64,000 bases of DNA from the human T2T-CHM13v2.0 reference genome, Homo sapiens, in the NCBI RefSeq assembly GCF_009914755.1, contig NC_060934.1, one strand, 5' to 3'. The position numbers and the translations under genes were made by a program. The notes below the pieces were generated by a model. That model was given only the letters and a program-made list of their open reading frames with translations. It was not told the origin of the DNA and did not search any database. Positions 40,318 through 57,650 of the stretch are shown piece after piece (position 1 is the first letter of the stretch; each line of letters begins with the position of its first letter).

Positions 40318-41394
40318 TATCGGGGGAACCAGCCCCCAATATTTCAATATAGGTTCTTTCTATTTTCCCTAAGTTTCGGCCGGTCTGAGAAATAAAGAGT
40401 ACAAAGAGAAATTTTCAGCTGGGCCTCCGGGGGTGTCATCACATATTGGTAGGACTGTGATGATGACCCGAGCTGCAAAACCAGCAAGTTTTTATTAGGG
40501 ATTTTAAAAGGGGAGGGGGTGTACGAACAGAGAGTAGGTCACAAGGATCACATGCTTCAAAGGGCAATAAAGATCACAAGGCAAGGCAAAATTAGAATTA
40601 CTGATGAGGGTCTATGTCCCGCTGTGCACGCATTGTCTTGATAAACATCTTAACAGGAAACAGGGCTCGAGAGCAGACAACTGGTCTGACTACGATTTAC
40701 CAGGCTGGAATTTCCCAATCCTAGTAAGCCTGAGGGCACTGCAGGAGACCAGGGCGTATTTCAGTCCTTATCTCAACTGCATAAGACAAACACTCCCAGA
40801 GCGGCCATCTATAGACCTCCCCCCAGGAATGCATTCCTTCCCCAGGGTTGTTCCTTCCTGGGAAAAGAATTCAGTGATATTTCTTCTACTTGCACATCTG
40901 TCTATAGGCTTTCTGCAAGAAGAAAAATATGGCTCTATTCTGCCCGACCCCACAGGCAGTCAGACCTTATGGTTATCTTCTCTTGTTCCCTGAAAAATTG
41001 CTGTTATTCTGTTCTTTTTCAGGGTGCACTGATTTCATATTGTTCAAACACATATATTTTACAATCAGATTTCATATTGTTCAAACACACGTTCTTCAAT
41101 CAATTTGTACAATAGTGGTCCTGAGGTGACGTGCATTCTCAGCTTACGAAGATAACAGGATCAAGAGATTAAAGACAGGCATAAGAAATTATAAGAGTAT
41201 TATTAGGGAAGTGATAAATGTCCATGAAATCTTCACAATTTATGTTCAGAGATTGCAGTAAAGGCAGGCGTAAGAAATTATAAAAGTATTAATTTTGGGA
41301 ACTGATAAATGTCCATGAAATCCTCACAATTTTATGTTCTTCTGCCTCAGCTCCAGCCGGTCCCTCTGTTCGGGGTCCCTGATTTCCCGCAACA
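40318..41394 (-). mobile_element. MER11 (HERV-K11/HML-8) solo LTR, MER11C-like
   Basis: Reverse begins tgttgcgggaaatcagggaccccgaac; internal duplicated cataaattgtgaagatttcatggacatttatca block; ATTGG on both flanks. Confidence 0.88.
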
Positions 41395-41573
41395 ATTGGA
41401 ATAATAAAACCTGGCATGGTGGCACATACCTGTAGTCCCAGCTACTCGGGAGGCTGAGGCAGGAGGGTTGCTTGAGCCCAGGAGTTTGAGGCTATAGTAT
41501 GCTATGGTGTAACCTGTGAATGGCTACTGCATTCTAGCCTGGAGAACATAGGGAGACCTTGTCTAAAAACTAG

Positions 41574-42258
<685 letters not shown>

Positions 42259-42984
42259 ACTTTGGAGTTTTAAGTGAGATGTTTGTCTGTGACTGTGGAG
42301 TGGTGAGCACTGTGTCTGGTAAGGTCTCAACTAATGGTAGCTGGTGTGACCATCTCTAGTCTTTCTCTAACTGAGCACACAGTCTTTCCCCTTCCTGGAT
42401 CACATAGAGTTCAGGCGGTTTCCAGAGAGGTTTGATTCGGTAATGGCTCCTGTATTCAAATGATGAGTGTTTGTTTCTGAGCCTCAGTTCCCTCATCTAT
42501 AAAATAGGAATAAAATAGACTGCTTCTGTCATCTGCCTTCCAGAGAAGTCAGAGCTTCCAAGAGTGGCTGCTGATTTGCCAATGAACACACTCATTTTGG
42601 CCATGCCAAGGGGGATCTGTGTGTGTGATGGGGCCGGGCCAAGGAGCAGTTTGATTCAACTTTTGCAAAGCCATGACTTCTGTTTTTCCATTTACCCAAT
42701 CTTCCCCCTTTCAAACTCCCATGACGTCTTTTAAAAAGCACCATGTCTGCTCATCTTACTGAGATGTACAAGATAACACGTAAAGCCTGTAGTAGGGAGC
42801 CTGGCATGGAGTAGGCATTTCCGAGGCGCTCCTTCCATTCCCTGCTGCCCTCTTATTTAAACATTCCCAGCACTTCCTTGGGCACTAGAATAAGGTTAGA
42901 TTTTACCTTTGAAATTTACGGTTTCTTTAGATATTACAATAACAATAATTGGTTATCGTCTTTACCTGGAAATGCTTCCCCCTT

Positions 42985-43381
42985 TGATTAGTCTGTTTTG
43001 CACTGCTATAAAGGAATACTGAGGCTGGGTATTTACAAAGCAGTTTATTTGTCTCATAGTTCTACAGACTGTACACGAAGCAACGGTGTCAGCATCTGCT
43101 TCCAGTGGGGCCTCAGGAAGCTTTCAATCATGGCAGAAGGCCAAGGGGCAGCGGGGTCTCACGTGGCAAGAGAGGGAGGAGGAGGTGCCAGCCTCTTTAA
43201 ACAATCAGCTCTTGCATGAACTCTTAGAGCCAGAACTCACTCACTACCTGGAAGACGGCATGGAGACAATAATGAGGGATCCACCCCCATGACCCAAACT
43301 CCTCCCACTAGGCCCACCTCCAGCACTGGTGGTCACAGTTCAACGTGAGATTTGGAGGGGACAAACATCCAAACCGTATCA
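42985..43381 (-). mobile_element. MST (MSTB-like) MaLR solo LTR
   Basis: Ends gagatttggaggggacaaacatccaaaccgtatca; typical MST body. Confidence 0.8.
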
Positions 43382-43563
43382 CCCCTCAACCCCTCAACTA
43401 CACCTGGTTTGCTCCTTGTTTTCTAGATTTTGACTGAAATGTCCCCTTCCCGGCAAAGCCGTGTGGACCACCCGGGCTAAAGCAGCCACCTGGTGCTGGC
43501 CTGTGTGGCCCAATTCCAGTTCTCCAGGGTGCTCATCACTCTGTGGCAGTTTGTCTTCTGGTT

Positions 43564-44004
43564 TGTGAGAGAAGAATAAATCTGAGGGACCCAAAATCAC
43601 TAAAGGGAAAAGTCAAGCTGGGAACTGCTTAGTGCCAACCTGCCTCCCCTTCTATTCAAAGTCACCCCTCTGCTCAATGAAATAAATGCATATCTGATTG
43701 CCTCCTTTGGAGAGGCTCATCACAAACTCAAAAGAATGCAACCATTTGCCTTTTATCTACCTATGACCTGGAAGCCACCTCCCGCTTCGAGTTGTCCCGC
43801 CTTTCCGGACTGAACCAATGTACATCTTACATATGTTGATTGATGTATCTCCCTAAAATATATAAAACCAAACTGTGCTCTGACCACCTTGGGCACGTGT
43901 CATCAGGACCTCCTGAGGCTGTGTCACGGGCGTGCATCCTCAACCTTGGCAAAAATAAACTTTCTAAATTAACTGAGACCTGTCTCAGATATTCGGGGTT
44001 CACA
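43564..44004 (+). mobile_element. MER4A1-like ERV1 solo LTR
   Basis: tgtga...aataaatct...gggaaaagtcaagctgggaactgcttag ... ggggttcaca. Confidence 0.85.
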
Positions 44005-45523
44005 AGCTGATGTTCTGTACTCTCTCCGCAACCCCCCAGAGTGCTTTGTTCCCTGCTGTCCAGAGCCAGGCACACTGCAGGCACTCAGGAAAGAAGTGTG
44101 CCAACAGAGAGTTCGCTAGTTAGCCTGGCACCTTTGATTTCATTTAATTATTACAGTAATACCGCAGGACTATCCTCATTTTCAGACAAAAAAACTGAGG
44201 CTCAGAGAAGTTACCCATGGTGTCCACGGCCGCAAGGCCACCAAGTGGCAGACCTGAATTCAACCAAGTCCATCTGGTTTCCCACCCTTCTGCACCCAGT
44301 AGCCTTTGGGTTCCCATGTAAAGCCTCCTTATTAAGCTGCAAGTCTTCCTGAAAACAAGGTGAGTTAGACAAAAACAAACAAACGAAAACAGCAACCCAC
44401 AGCTCTAGCTTGTCAGGTACCCCAAAGGCCTCCATTTCCCAGTGGCATTTTCTGGGCACCCTGCTGGGGAGTGACGTGCAAGGCCCAGGGCATGGCTTTC
44501 TGACATGAGCCTCTGTTGCACACGCTTGTGTACTCTTTATTCTGCATCTGAAGTGGCTTGTGCAGGGCCATGTGTGATTAAGGGGTTTGTCTGCTTCCCC
44601 ACCAGACTCCTTGCTGGTCCCGCTTACCAGCCAGTTGCCGGGGCCTGTACTGCCCCGGGGCCGTGTATTCCAGGCTTGGCTTCATGCCATGCCCTCTCCA
44701 CCTCTCTCCTCCTGCGAGGTGCAGCCAGTGTTGCATGGGGACTTCCCATCGTGGCTCAGGCTTGCTCCTCTGACCTCTCCTGGCACTTGGTCCTCCAAAG
44801 GAGCTCCCCTTTCTGCTGGCCATCTGCGTTTGCTCACCTGGACTTGCTGAGGGAGCTCGGGTGCCCTGTGTGTGCTTATCTGTGTGTCCTGGCGCCCGGC
44901 ACAGGCAGGGCCCAGAGTGGGTGCCTGCTCGAGGCCAGGGGATGGGTGAGTTCAGCAGTTAGCTGTGGGGTGTCTGCTTAGGCCCAGCCCTTGGGGGCCT
45001 CTAGGAGGGGTCCCCCTGCCCTCCTGCCCTCCTGCCCTCTCTGCAGGAGAGGCTCCAGTGAAGCAGACACAGCTCGATGTTAAGTGAGACAAGTCGGTGA
45101 GAATGCACAAGCCACGCAGGCGCTGCTTCGTGATTTTCTCATAACATCTGACACTTGTATGTTCAAATCGCATCACTAAAGAGTAGCTGCATAGGTCTGT
45201 CTATGGAGGGTCTCCCACTTTGCTGTCTCTTGTCTCTCCTGTCTAGCCTCGGTCTTTAGCCCTCTCCTCTCCCTGTGGACAGGGCAGTTGTTCTAGCCCA
45301 AGAGGATTAGAACCTGAAGGATGCCCTTCTCCCTATAAGGGAAGCCACACATTTGTTTTGGTGAGGGTCATGGTTTTGTTCCAATATCATTTTAGCTTAG
45401 GCTGTATTTTCTTTTATAAGACTCAGTTTAAGACTTTTCTACCTGCTCATAAAAATGAGATTAAAAAAAGAGAAAGACTTTTCTAAATGCAATCCTTATA
45501 ATAATCCAGGAATACTTCATTAA

Positions 45524-47490
<1,967 letters not shown>

Positions 47491-47758
47491 AAATAATATT
47501 TTATTTAAGGATAGGATTAGGCCTTGGGATTCCTTTGGAATTCAACTTCATCCAGCTGTGTTAGTGGTCATGTAGTCATTAAATATCAGAATACTGTTAT
47601 TTAATAAATATACCCCATCATAAAAGGTCATATTTCTTTAGGGCAAATACAGTTAGGACCAATCTCCGTCCTGGGCAAGGACTTACCTGATTCAAGAGGG
47701 GAGAAAACAGGGTGGTCAGGAATACATTTGTGATTCACTCCCTGAAGAGGCAGTCTGG

Positions 47759-48417
<659 letters not shown>

Positions 48418-50228
48418 TCCGGTCACTCTTAGCACAGTGACATTGAATGTGCACAAACTAAAAAATAAGGTTTCAACCAAACTGGTGAGAGCATTCCTCT
48501 TGGTGTTCTCTAGGAAGAAGGCCAGAGGGTTTGGGACAATAGAAATAAAACACAGTGGTTTTGAAAATGGGGCCAAACTGTGCTTCCCCGTGGCGGGGCT
48601 GAGAAGGAGGGAGCAGGGCACTGAGCCCGCTGTTCTTTCGGCCCTGGGCTCTCTGCCTCCTACCATCAGCCCTCAGGGCAGCTGCTCCTCGCTGACCACC
48701 TGGCTGCTGATGGGCTTGGTGGCCAGCAGAGCTGCCCCGTTTTGTCTGTGCAGAGTCAGCCAGACGTGGCTCAGCGCAGCTCTTTCCCTCGGTTTCATGG
48801 AGTAAAGGGTTCCTCATTAGGGCCCCACACATCCGTCTCTCATCATAGGAGGGTGACTTTCTTCCTGCATCTCCCGTTTCCACTTAGTCATTTCAACCAG
48901 CGGCAAACTGGAAAAAGAACGTATATGTTATGGTGGCAAAGTCTGAAGGTAATGTTGGCATGGAGTGTTTCAATAAGATGTTTCTTTTGATTAAAGCATA
49001 TTTCATATGATGGGCAAGTAATAGATACAACCTCAGACGTAGGCTAATCATGGAGTCAACAGCAAACTTCTACTTGACTCCTAGGAAACTAGCTCCCTCA
49101 CCAGAACATTACCGCTGTATTTCTTTCTTTCTTTCTACATACCATCAGGCAACTGGGGCCTATGCATCCTTAAGAATTAGTGGTTTGTTTTTTCTTTTCT
49201 TTTTTGGTTTGTTCTAGAAGAAGAAATTTAAAGCCAGCCATTGTTTTACAGAAAAATCATCCTGCCATTGAAACCCAAAGTGGTCCATCCAGTCTGGAGG
49301 CCGTGGGAACCATGAATCCTTTCAGAGTTTGAAGCAAATGCAAAACTGTTCACGTCATCCTGGGTTATTTTATTGTCTCACCACCTTCCTGAAATGGAGC
49401 TCGAACTTCATTTAGAGTAGCTCTCGGGCACGCTGGCAGGGGGGCTCCCAGAGCTGAGTGAGCAAGGGGTGCATTGAGAAGCAGGCGTTCTGCCCCGACC
49501 GGCCCACCTCACTCTCCGCAGAGGGAGGCATTTGTGGTGGGCCAATGTGCATGCAGCCCCAGGCTGGACAACTCCAGAAGAAACTCAAGAACACAAATGT
49601 AGATGATTAACCAAAATAGTCTGTTCCATCTTCCTGCACTGGGGGGAAATGCCTCTTGTATTTTAGAGGAGAGAGAGAATGGGAAGGAAGCCACTGCAGG
49701 TGTGGCAGACATTGGAGGACTCAGGTCAAGTATAAAACTGCTGTGGCCACGGATTTAACTAAGTTTCAACCAAGTAGCTTTCCAGGTTGGGTGACATCTG
49801 CTACATGCTAGAACTAGCTGTGGAGTCTGTGCTTTGGCCCCAGTTTGGAGTCCAGAACTATTAGCATGTATCACCGAGTTGTGTTTGTAAGGGTTGTGTG
49901 TATTTTTAGTGCTTCCCAGAGCTTTCTACCCTGATCGCCTTCCACAGGTAGAAGCGGCTGACTGTACCTGGTACCTGGGGCCACTCCAGAGGTCCCCTCT
50001 AGGAGGTGATGCCTCTGTGCACAAGCAGCCTGTGCAAGAATGTCAAGGTCAGCGGAAGAGAGGGCACACGCCCTCCAAGGAGGTGGTGTGGGTTGGGACT
50101 CAGTGTCCTGGAAGGGACCTCCTTCAGGCAAGAGCTCTTGGAGTCAGACGGCACGAAAGAACCTGAGTATAGAACTTCTCAGGTCTCTAAGGAATTACAT
50201 CTGATTCTATAAGAATCAGAAGTTTGTT

Positions 50229-50366
50229 GGCCAGGTGCAGTGGCTCACATCTGTAATCCCAGCACTTGGAGAGGCTAAGGCAGGAAGATCACTTGAGCTC
50301 AGGAGTTGGAGACCAGCCTGGGCAATATAGTGAGACCTCATCTCTATTAAAAAAAAAAAAAAAAAA
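50229..50366 (+). mobile_element. Alu monomer (FLAM-like)
   Basis: Left-arm sequence plus A tail; TSD aagtttgt. Confidence 0.85.
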
Positions 50367-51959
50367 GTTTGTGACACCAAGGAAAGCTCATCTGGGTCCT
50401 TAGTTTCTTAGATATGAAACATGAACTACAAATAACAGCAGAAAATTAACTCCATCTGGACTTGGAGGATAAATACACATATGCACACACATGCACACAA
50501 TACTATTTACATATAAAACATTGTGACTCAAACGGAGAGAAAATGCAGCTGCATGTAAACATCTGTGGTGATTAGGTATACCCATTCAGTGACCAACAAA
50601 TTGCATTCAGTGTGTCTGGGGTGATCGCCTCAGGAACTGGGCCTTCGGTTAGTAACGATGCTTTGGAAGCATGTATGCCAGTCATAACATGTGGAGGGCT
50701 TTTCCTCTCTCCCTCCCTGTGTTAACATGCTTTCATATGGCTAGTACAGTCTTGATAAATCTTGCAGGATCTCAAATAGCCTAGTGAAACGGGAAGAGAA
50801 GAAGGTGTTAAAAGTTTGCAGGTCAGGGGAAAAGCACGTGTTTTGGGTGAGTCGGCGGAGCCTCCACAAATACAGCATCGGTTTGTGTGAATTCTCAGCT
50901 GTGGTTTCTCAGGTTGAATAAAGCCACTCAACAAAGGCTGCTGTTTCTCCAGCCTGAAGAGGCACTTATGCCACCTACAGCCTGGAATCTGGCACTACAA
51001 TTCGCGCCCAAGTCCCTGGCTCATCCTAGGTGGGAGATTAGAATCTATGTAGGGAATGGAAAATGGGCAGGCATTCCAGGGTGAGTTTTTCTTCCCCCCC
51101 GAAAAATTGTAAACAAACAATTACAAACATGTTTGAAAATTGTTTTAACTAGTTTTTAGAGATTGCAATAGCTGGGTTGGGATTTATGAACTACATTTCT
51201 TATAAATACATTTCTTCTAGAGAACTTCTTGTGGGACGTAATCACTTTTCCCCTCTGTATAGCAGCCCCACAACTCAACCCAAAGCTAGGTTAGGCTACT
51301 GGGTACACACTTACCCAGATAGTCTTAGCTTCTTAGGGGAAACCAGATTACTGTGAAGCCATCAGATAAGACATACTTCTGAAAAGAAATGGAATGTATT
51401 TTTATTGGCAGAGTCAAGATGAAGTATGTTTTGAAATCTGTTTTACAAATAAACTTACACATAAATTGTCCATCCACTACTTGGAAATCTTTTTTCGTGT
51501 TTGAGGAGCTGTCAGAGGTCTCTAATAAACAGTGAGTCTTATTTAGTTTACTGGATATGTAATTCTTCTTTTCTTTGAAAATAATTATTTTTCAAGCAAG
51601 TGCAGCAAAAATACAACCAATAAAAATCTAGCTATGACAGCATAAACAACCTTTATGGCATGCATATACATAGACTTCTTCCAATAAAAGCAGTTCCTGG
51701 CAAGAAAGGGAACAGAAAATTGGCTGATGTGTTCCCAGATAAGTTCTGGACTCTTAAGGGCTGAGAGAAGAGTCCTCACAGCCCATCTCCAACTCCCCAT
51801 CCCAGACCGGTCCTTGGTTAGCGTGAGGGAGGCAGGTCCCCATTGCCAGAGTGGCTTGGGCTAAGGAGAAGGGACGGGCTGCTGTCAACTTGGAGTCAGG
51901 GGAGCCCCTTCCCAAGGCCCGTTCTTGGGGCCAGGAAGTCTGCTGGACAGAGGCTGAAC

Positions 51960-52300
51960 CCCCCTGCAGGCTCCGGAGGAGCGGGTGGGAGACCGGCCAC
52001 TGTTCAGGCTCCCCATTCTTGGTCCAGGCCAATTGTCCCCGCGGGAGGGCGGTGCCACGGTGGGTGACAGGGCTGGGGGCGGGGTAGGGGTCGACTTAAG
52101 ATAATCTGGTCCAGGGGTTCTGCTCTGGGCTGGGTCGACCCGGCTCGCGGGGAGGCTGTTTGCCCTGGGCCTTCCCATCCCCGCGCCTTCCCATCCCCGC
52201 GCCCACGCCGCACCCAGGCGAGCAACGTGGAGGGTCGGCGCGGGGCTGCTCCCGGGGAGCCTGGGGTTGCAAGTTCTCAGCAGACGTGCGGGTGCTCATT
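51960..52300. promoter_or_regulatory. Small orphan CpG-rich island with a G4 motif (52070-52090) and a 16-bp tandem repeat (52169-52200)
   Basis: CpG-dense; GGGCTGGGGGCGGGGTAGGGG; (gccttcccatccccgc)x2. Confidence 0.6.
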
Positions 52301-52903
52301 TATGCTTTTTATAGTAGCTGGAGAAGATGTTATCGCAGCTTGAGAACAGAAATTAAAATATGTATCCTTCAGGTGCAAATCTACTGTACTTACAGTTTTA
52401 CCGTTTCTCTGCAGGGGGGCTCCATTAATCTTGTAAGAGTGAAATTCCTAAGGAAATTAATTCCCTCCAGTTGGGGTTATTCTCAACTGGTCTTTGGGGG
52501 CGGAGTAATTGGAATTTAAGAGTCGCTCTTAAAAGAAAGGAAACGTTGGCCATTTTACTCGAATAACACTTTCTAATGCCAGGCTTTACTCTTTAAAACA
52601 CCTCCTCCTTCTTTCTCTCCCTGCACCTCTTTGTGTTTCTGGGCTTCCCTTGGTAGGGTTTACAAAGACCCCCACCAGGTGGGACCTCCCCTCCCAGTTT
52701 TCCTGAGGCTGACCCCACATTCCTTTCCACGTGGGTTATTTGTGGCCCCCCACCCCCCCTTCTCCCACTGCGCAGCCTGAGGACCACGGGACCACAGGAG
52801 GGAATGAGGCATCATGAAAAGTTCATGGCTAAATCATTTCCTTGCCTGTTTAGGAGCAGTAAATGTTTGTTGTCATCACCCAGCAAAATAATTACACCTC
52901 AAT

Positions 52904-52904
52904 T

Positions 52905-52954
<50 letters not shown>
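52904..52954. repeat. Compound (TC)n(AC)n microsatellite
   Basis: Directly visible. Confidence 0.95.
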
Positions 52955-53150
52955 CCTTTAAAATACAGGCAATTCATAGGCAAGAGGTGAAGTTTTTTTT
53001 GCTGCCAGGAAAGTCCAGGAAAGCATCTTCCACTGGAGCTTCAGGTCTCCAAGGCCTAAGCTTCAGTCCCCAGGCCCAGAGCCCCAGGCCCTTATTCTTC
53101 AGGCTATGGGAACCCCACCACCACCACCAAGACGGAATAGAACTTGGCTA

Positions 53151-53371
<221 letters not shown>

Positions 53372-53453
53372 TTAGCGGCCAGGAGGAACCCGTGGGCACA
53401 TGGCCACAATCAGCCACAGTCCTTGCTTTTCAGCTTAATGGGGCTTAAGGGAA

Positions 53454-53495
53454 AGGCCAGGTCCAGCGCATTCTAGGCCAGGTCCAGCGCATTCT
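53454..53495. repeat. Perfect 21-bp tandem duplication
   Basis: aggccaggtccagcgcattct twice. Confidence 0.95.
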
Positions 53496-54134
53496 GTGCC
53501 AGCCCAAGCCAATTTAATAGGGTCATGGCCAGTTTTTCCCTGTGGGCCCTAACATGGTCATAGGGAGAGAGGATGGACTTTCCAGGGCACTGTTCGGGGC
53601 AGTGAGTCCTGGCGATGTCCCTCCTCTGCTGTGGGTTGGGCAGTTTCCTTAGCTATACAGTGGGTCATGGGCAGTGTGGGTCCCACATCATCAGCTTAAT
53701 GGGGTGCTGAATGATCAATACAGATGTTTACCTTTGGGGGCTTTTAATAGCTGAAAAGTGCCATCTACCAGTGGGCACCTGTGTATCCCATAGCTCCCCA
53801 AAACCTGGCTCAGCTCAGGGCAGAGCCTAGTAGTCTGCTGTCCATGTCAGAATATCAGAGCTCCTAGAGCTGGGAGGAGGTCATCTGCTGCCCCTAGGCC
53901 TCTTGATATCAACAGTGACAACATGGGCTCAGGAAACAGAAGCCTAGAATGAGGCCTCAGCTACAACCTCAGAAGCAAAAGTTTTTCTCTGATCTTCTCT
54001 TGCCCTCCTGTCCCTGCCCCTCATTCTCCTCTGAGGCTAGCCAGAGAAACTAGAATCCCTCTTCCCTTAGGCACATCATAGAAACCAGTACCCCTTTCCC
54101 CCAAATAATTACTCTAACTCCCTGCCCCCCAACA

Positions 54135-54203
54135 CCCGAAAATCCAAAATTCTCCGTGCTACCTAATACACCATATCCTATAGCAAGGTCAGCTAAATAA
54201 GCT
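54135..54203 (+). other. NUMT: mitochondrial tRNA-Gln/tRNA-Met junction fragment
   Basis: aatccaaaattctccgtgctacctaatacaccatatcctatagcaaggtcagctaaataagct resembles recalled human mtDNA AATCCAAAATTCTCCGTGCCACCTATCACACCCCATCCTAAAGTAAGGTCAGCTAAATAAGCT. Confidence 0.85.
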
Positions 54204-54352
54204 GACCCCACCTTTCCCGTGTAAAAACAAAGAACCCAACACCCCACCTTTTCTCTGTAAAAACTGGCCATGGGCCAGACATAGTGGCTATGCCTGTTAT
54301 CCCAACACTTTGGGAGACCAAGGCAGGTGGATCACTTGAGGTCAGGAGCTCA

Positions 54353-54595
<243 letters not shown>

Positions 54596-54738
54596 TCACC
54601 TACCTTGCTTGAGTGTAGTTCATAAGACCTCATTCCACAGAGGGTCTTGCTCCTTTACCCAGAAGGAAGGAGGCTGCACAGAGGCCAGGAAGAATCTGAA
54701 CACCAGACCAGCCTTGCTGGGTTCTCCCAGTCAGTTCT

Positions 54739-55283
54739 TTTCAAAGACAAAACACAAAGTCACATTTATTAGAGTTGTCCACAGTCAGCAATGGTGACCT
54801 TCTTGCTGGTCTTGCCATTTCTGGACCCTCATGCCTTCTTTCATCTTGCCAAAGACCACATGCTCGCCATGCAACCACTGAGTCTTGGCAGTGCAGATGC
54901 CAAACTGGGAACCGTACGTGTTGGTCCAGCATTTGCCTTGGACAACATGCCGGGACCTGTATGCTTCAGGCTACAGTTTTCATCATCAAATTTCTCCCTG
55001 TAGATGGACTTGCCACCAGCGCCATTACGGCGTGTGAAGCCACCACCCTAACACATAAGCCCTGGAATAATTCTGTGAAAGCAGGAACCCTCATGACAAA
55101 ATCCTTTCCCTCCAGTGCTCAGAGCATGCAAGTGTTCTGCTGTCTTTGGAATCTTGTCTGCAAACAGCTCGAAGGGCTGTTTGATGGCCCCAGGGCTTGC
55201 CATTGACGGCCATGTTGAAGAACATGGTGGGATTGACCATGGCTGGTAGCAGGGGGTTCTGGGGGGCGTCAGCATCTGCAAAG
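54739..55283 (-). pseudogene. PPIA (cyclophilin A) processed pseudogene
   Basis: ATG at 55240 (MVNPTMFF), [23 protein letters not shown]; frameshifts, in-frame TAG, ~26-nt deletion; TSD ctcccagtcagttct (54724-54738) / cccccagtgagttct (55284-55298). Confidence 0.95.
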
Positions 55284-55661
55284 CCCCCAGTGAGTTCTGC
55301 TAGCATAAGAGCATACCCATTTTGTCCAATCGTATTTCTACATAACTGTCCATACTTCGTTGAACCTAAGCATACAAATGGACAGTTTTCCCTGTATCTT
55401 TGAGTCTTCACGTGTCACGTGAAACTGTGATCAAATAAATTTGTTTATCTTTTCTCCTATTAATCTGCCTTTTGTCAGTGATTTTCAGCAAACCATCAGA
55501 GGGCTAAGGAGAAGCTTTCCTGTGGCCCCTACAATAATAAACTACAAAAAGGGCAGAAATGGAAGTGTTATCCAGGAGTTTTCATAGCATTTTTTTTAGA
55601 GTCTGCTCTGCAACTGGTTTGTGCCACTTTCAGCAAATTCCATTTAAAAGAAAAATCAGCG

Positions 55662-57258
<1,597 letters not shown>

Positions 57259-57539
57259 AGTTCTATACAATTTTATCATGTTTAGTTTGTGTTCTCACCA
57301 CCACAGGCAAGATACAAAATGGTTCCTCATCACTCTCCTGTTGCATTTTAAATAACACAATTTACCGTGTTCAATACCATGTATTTCTCCAGGTGAGGTA
57401 TACATGTGACAGGCTCCAAAAGGCTTTTAAACACCACAGTAGTGCTGCCCAAGAAAATTCAAGGGCCACGAATGAAAGTTGCCTATGAAATTAGACATTT
57501 CTCAGGAGCCAAAGGTAAAAGAGACCAATTTAAATAATA

Positions 57540-57650
57540 TATTTCAGAAAACCGAATATATCCAAATATCCTCATTTCAACATGTAATCAATATAAAAAG
57601 TATGAATGATATGCTACTTTTCTCGTACGAAGTCTTTGCAATCCAGTGAG
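57540..57650. mobile_element. MER3/MER33-like hAT fragment
   Basis: tatatccaaatat..catttcaacatgtaatcaatataaaaa motif. Confidence 0.6.

Noticed and set aside
42460-42480. ATGATGA...CTGA as a C/D snoRNA
   Set aside because: Boxes only about 10 nt apart and the CTGA belongs to a MIR-like fragment
48901-49330. Plus-strand exon candidates (48901-48948 and acceptor near 49217)
   Set aside because: Joined frames stop quickly; the region is better explained by the minus-strand remnant, though lncRNA use is not excluded
54135-54203. Functional tRNA gene
   Set aside because: Only partial mitochondrial tRNA halves; no complete cloverleaf
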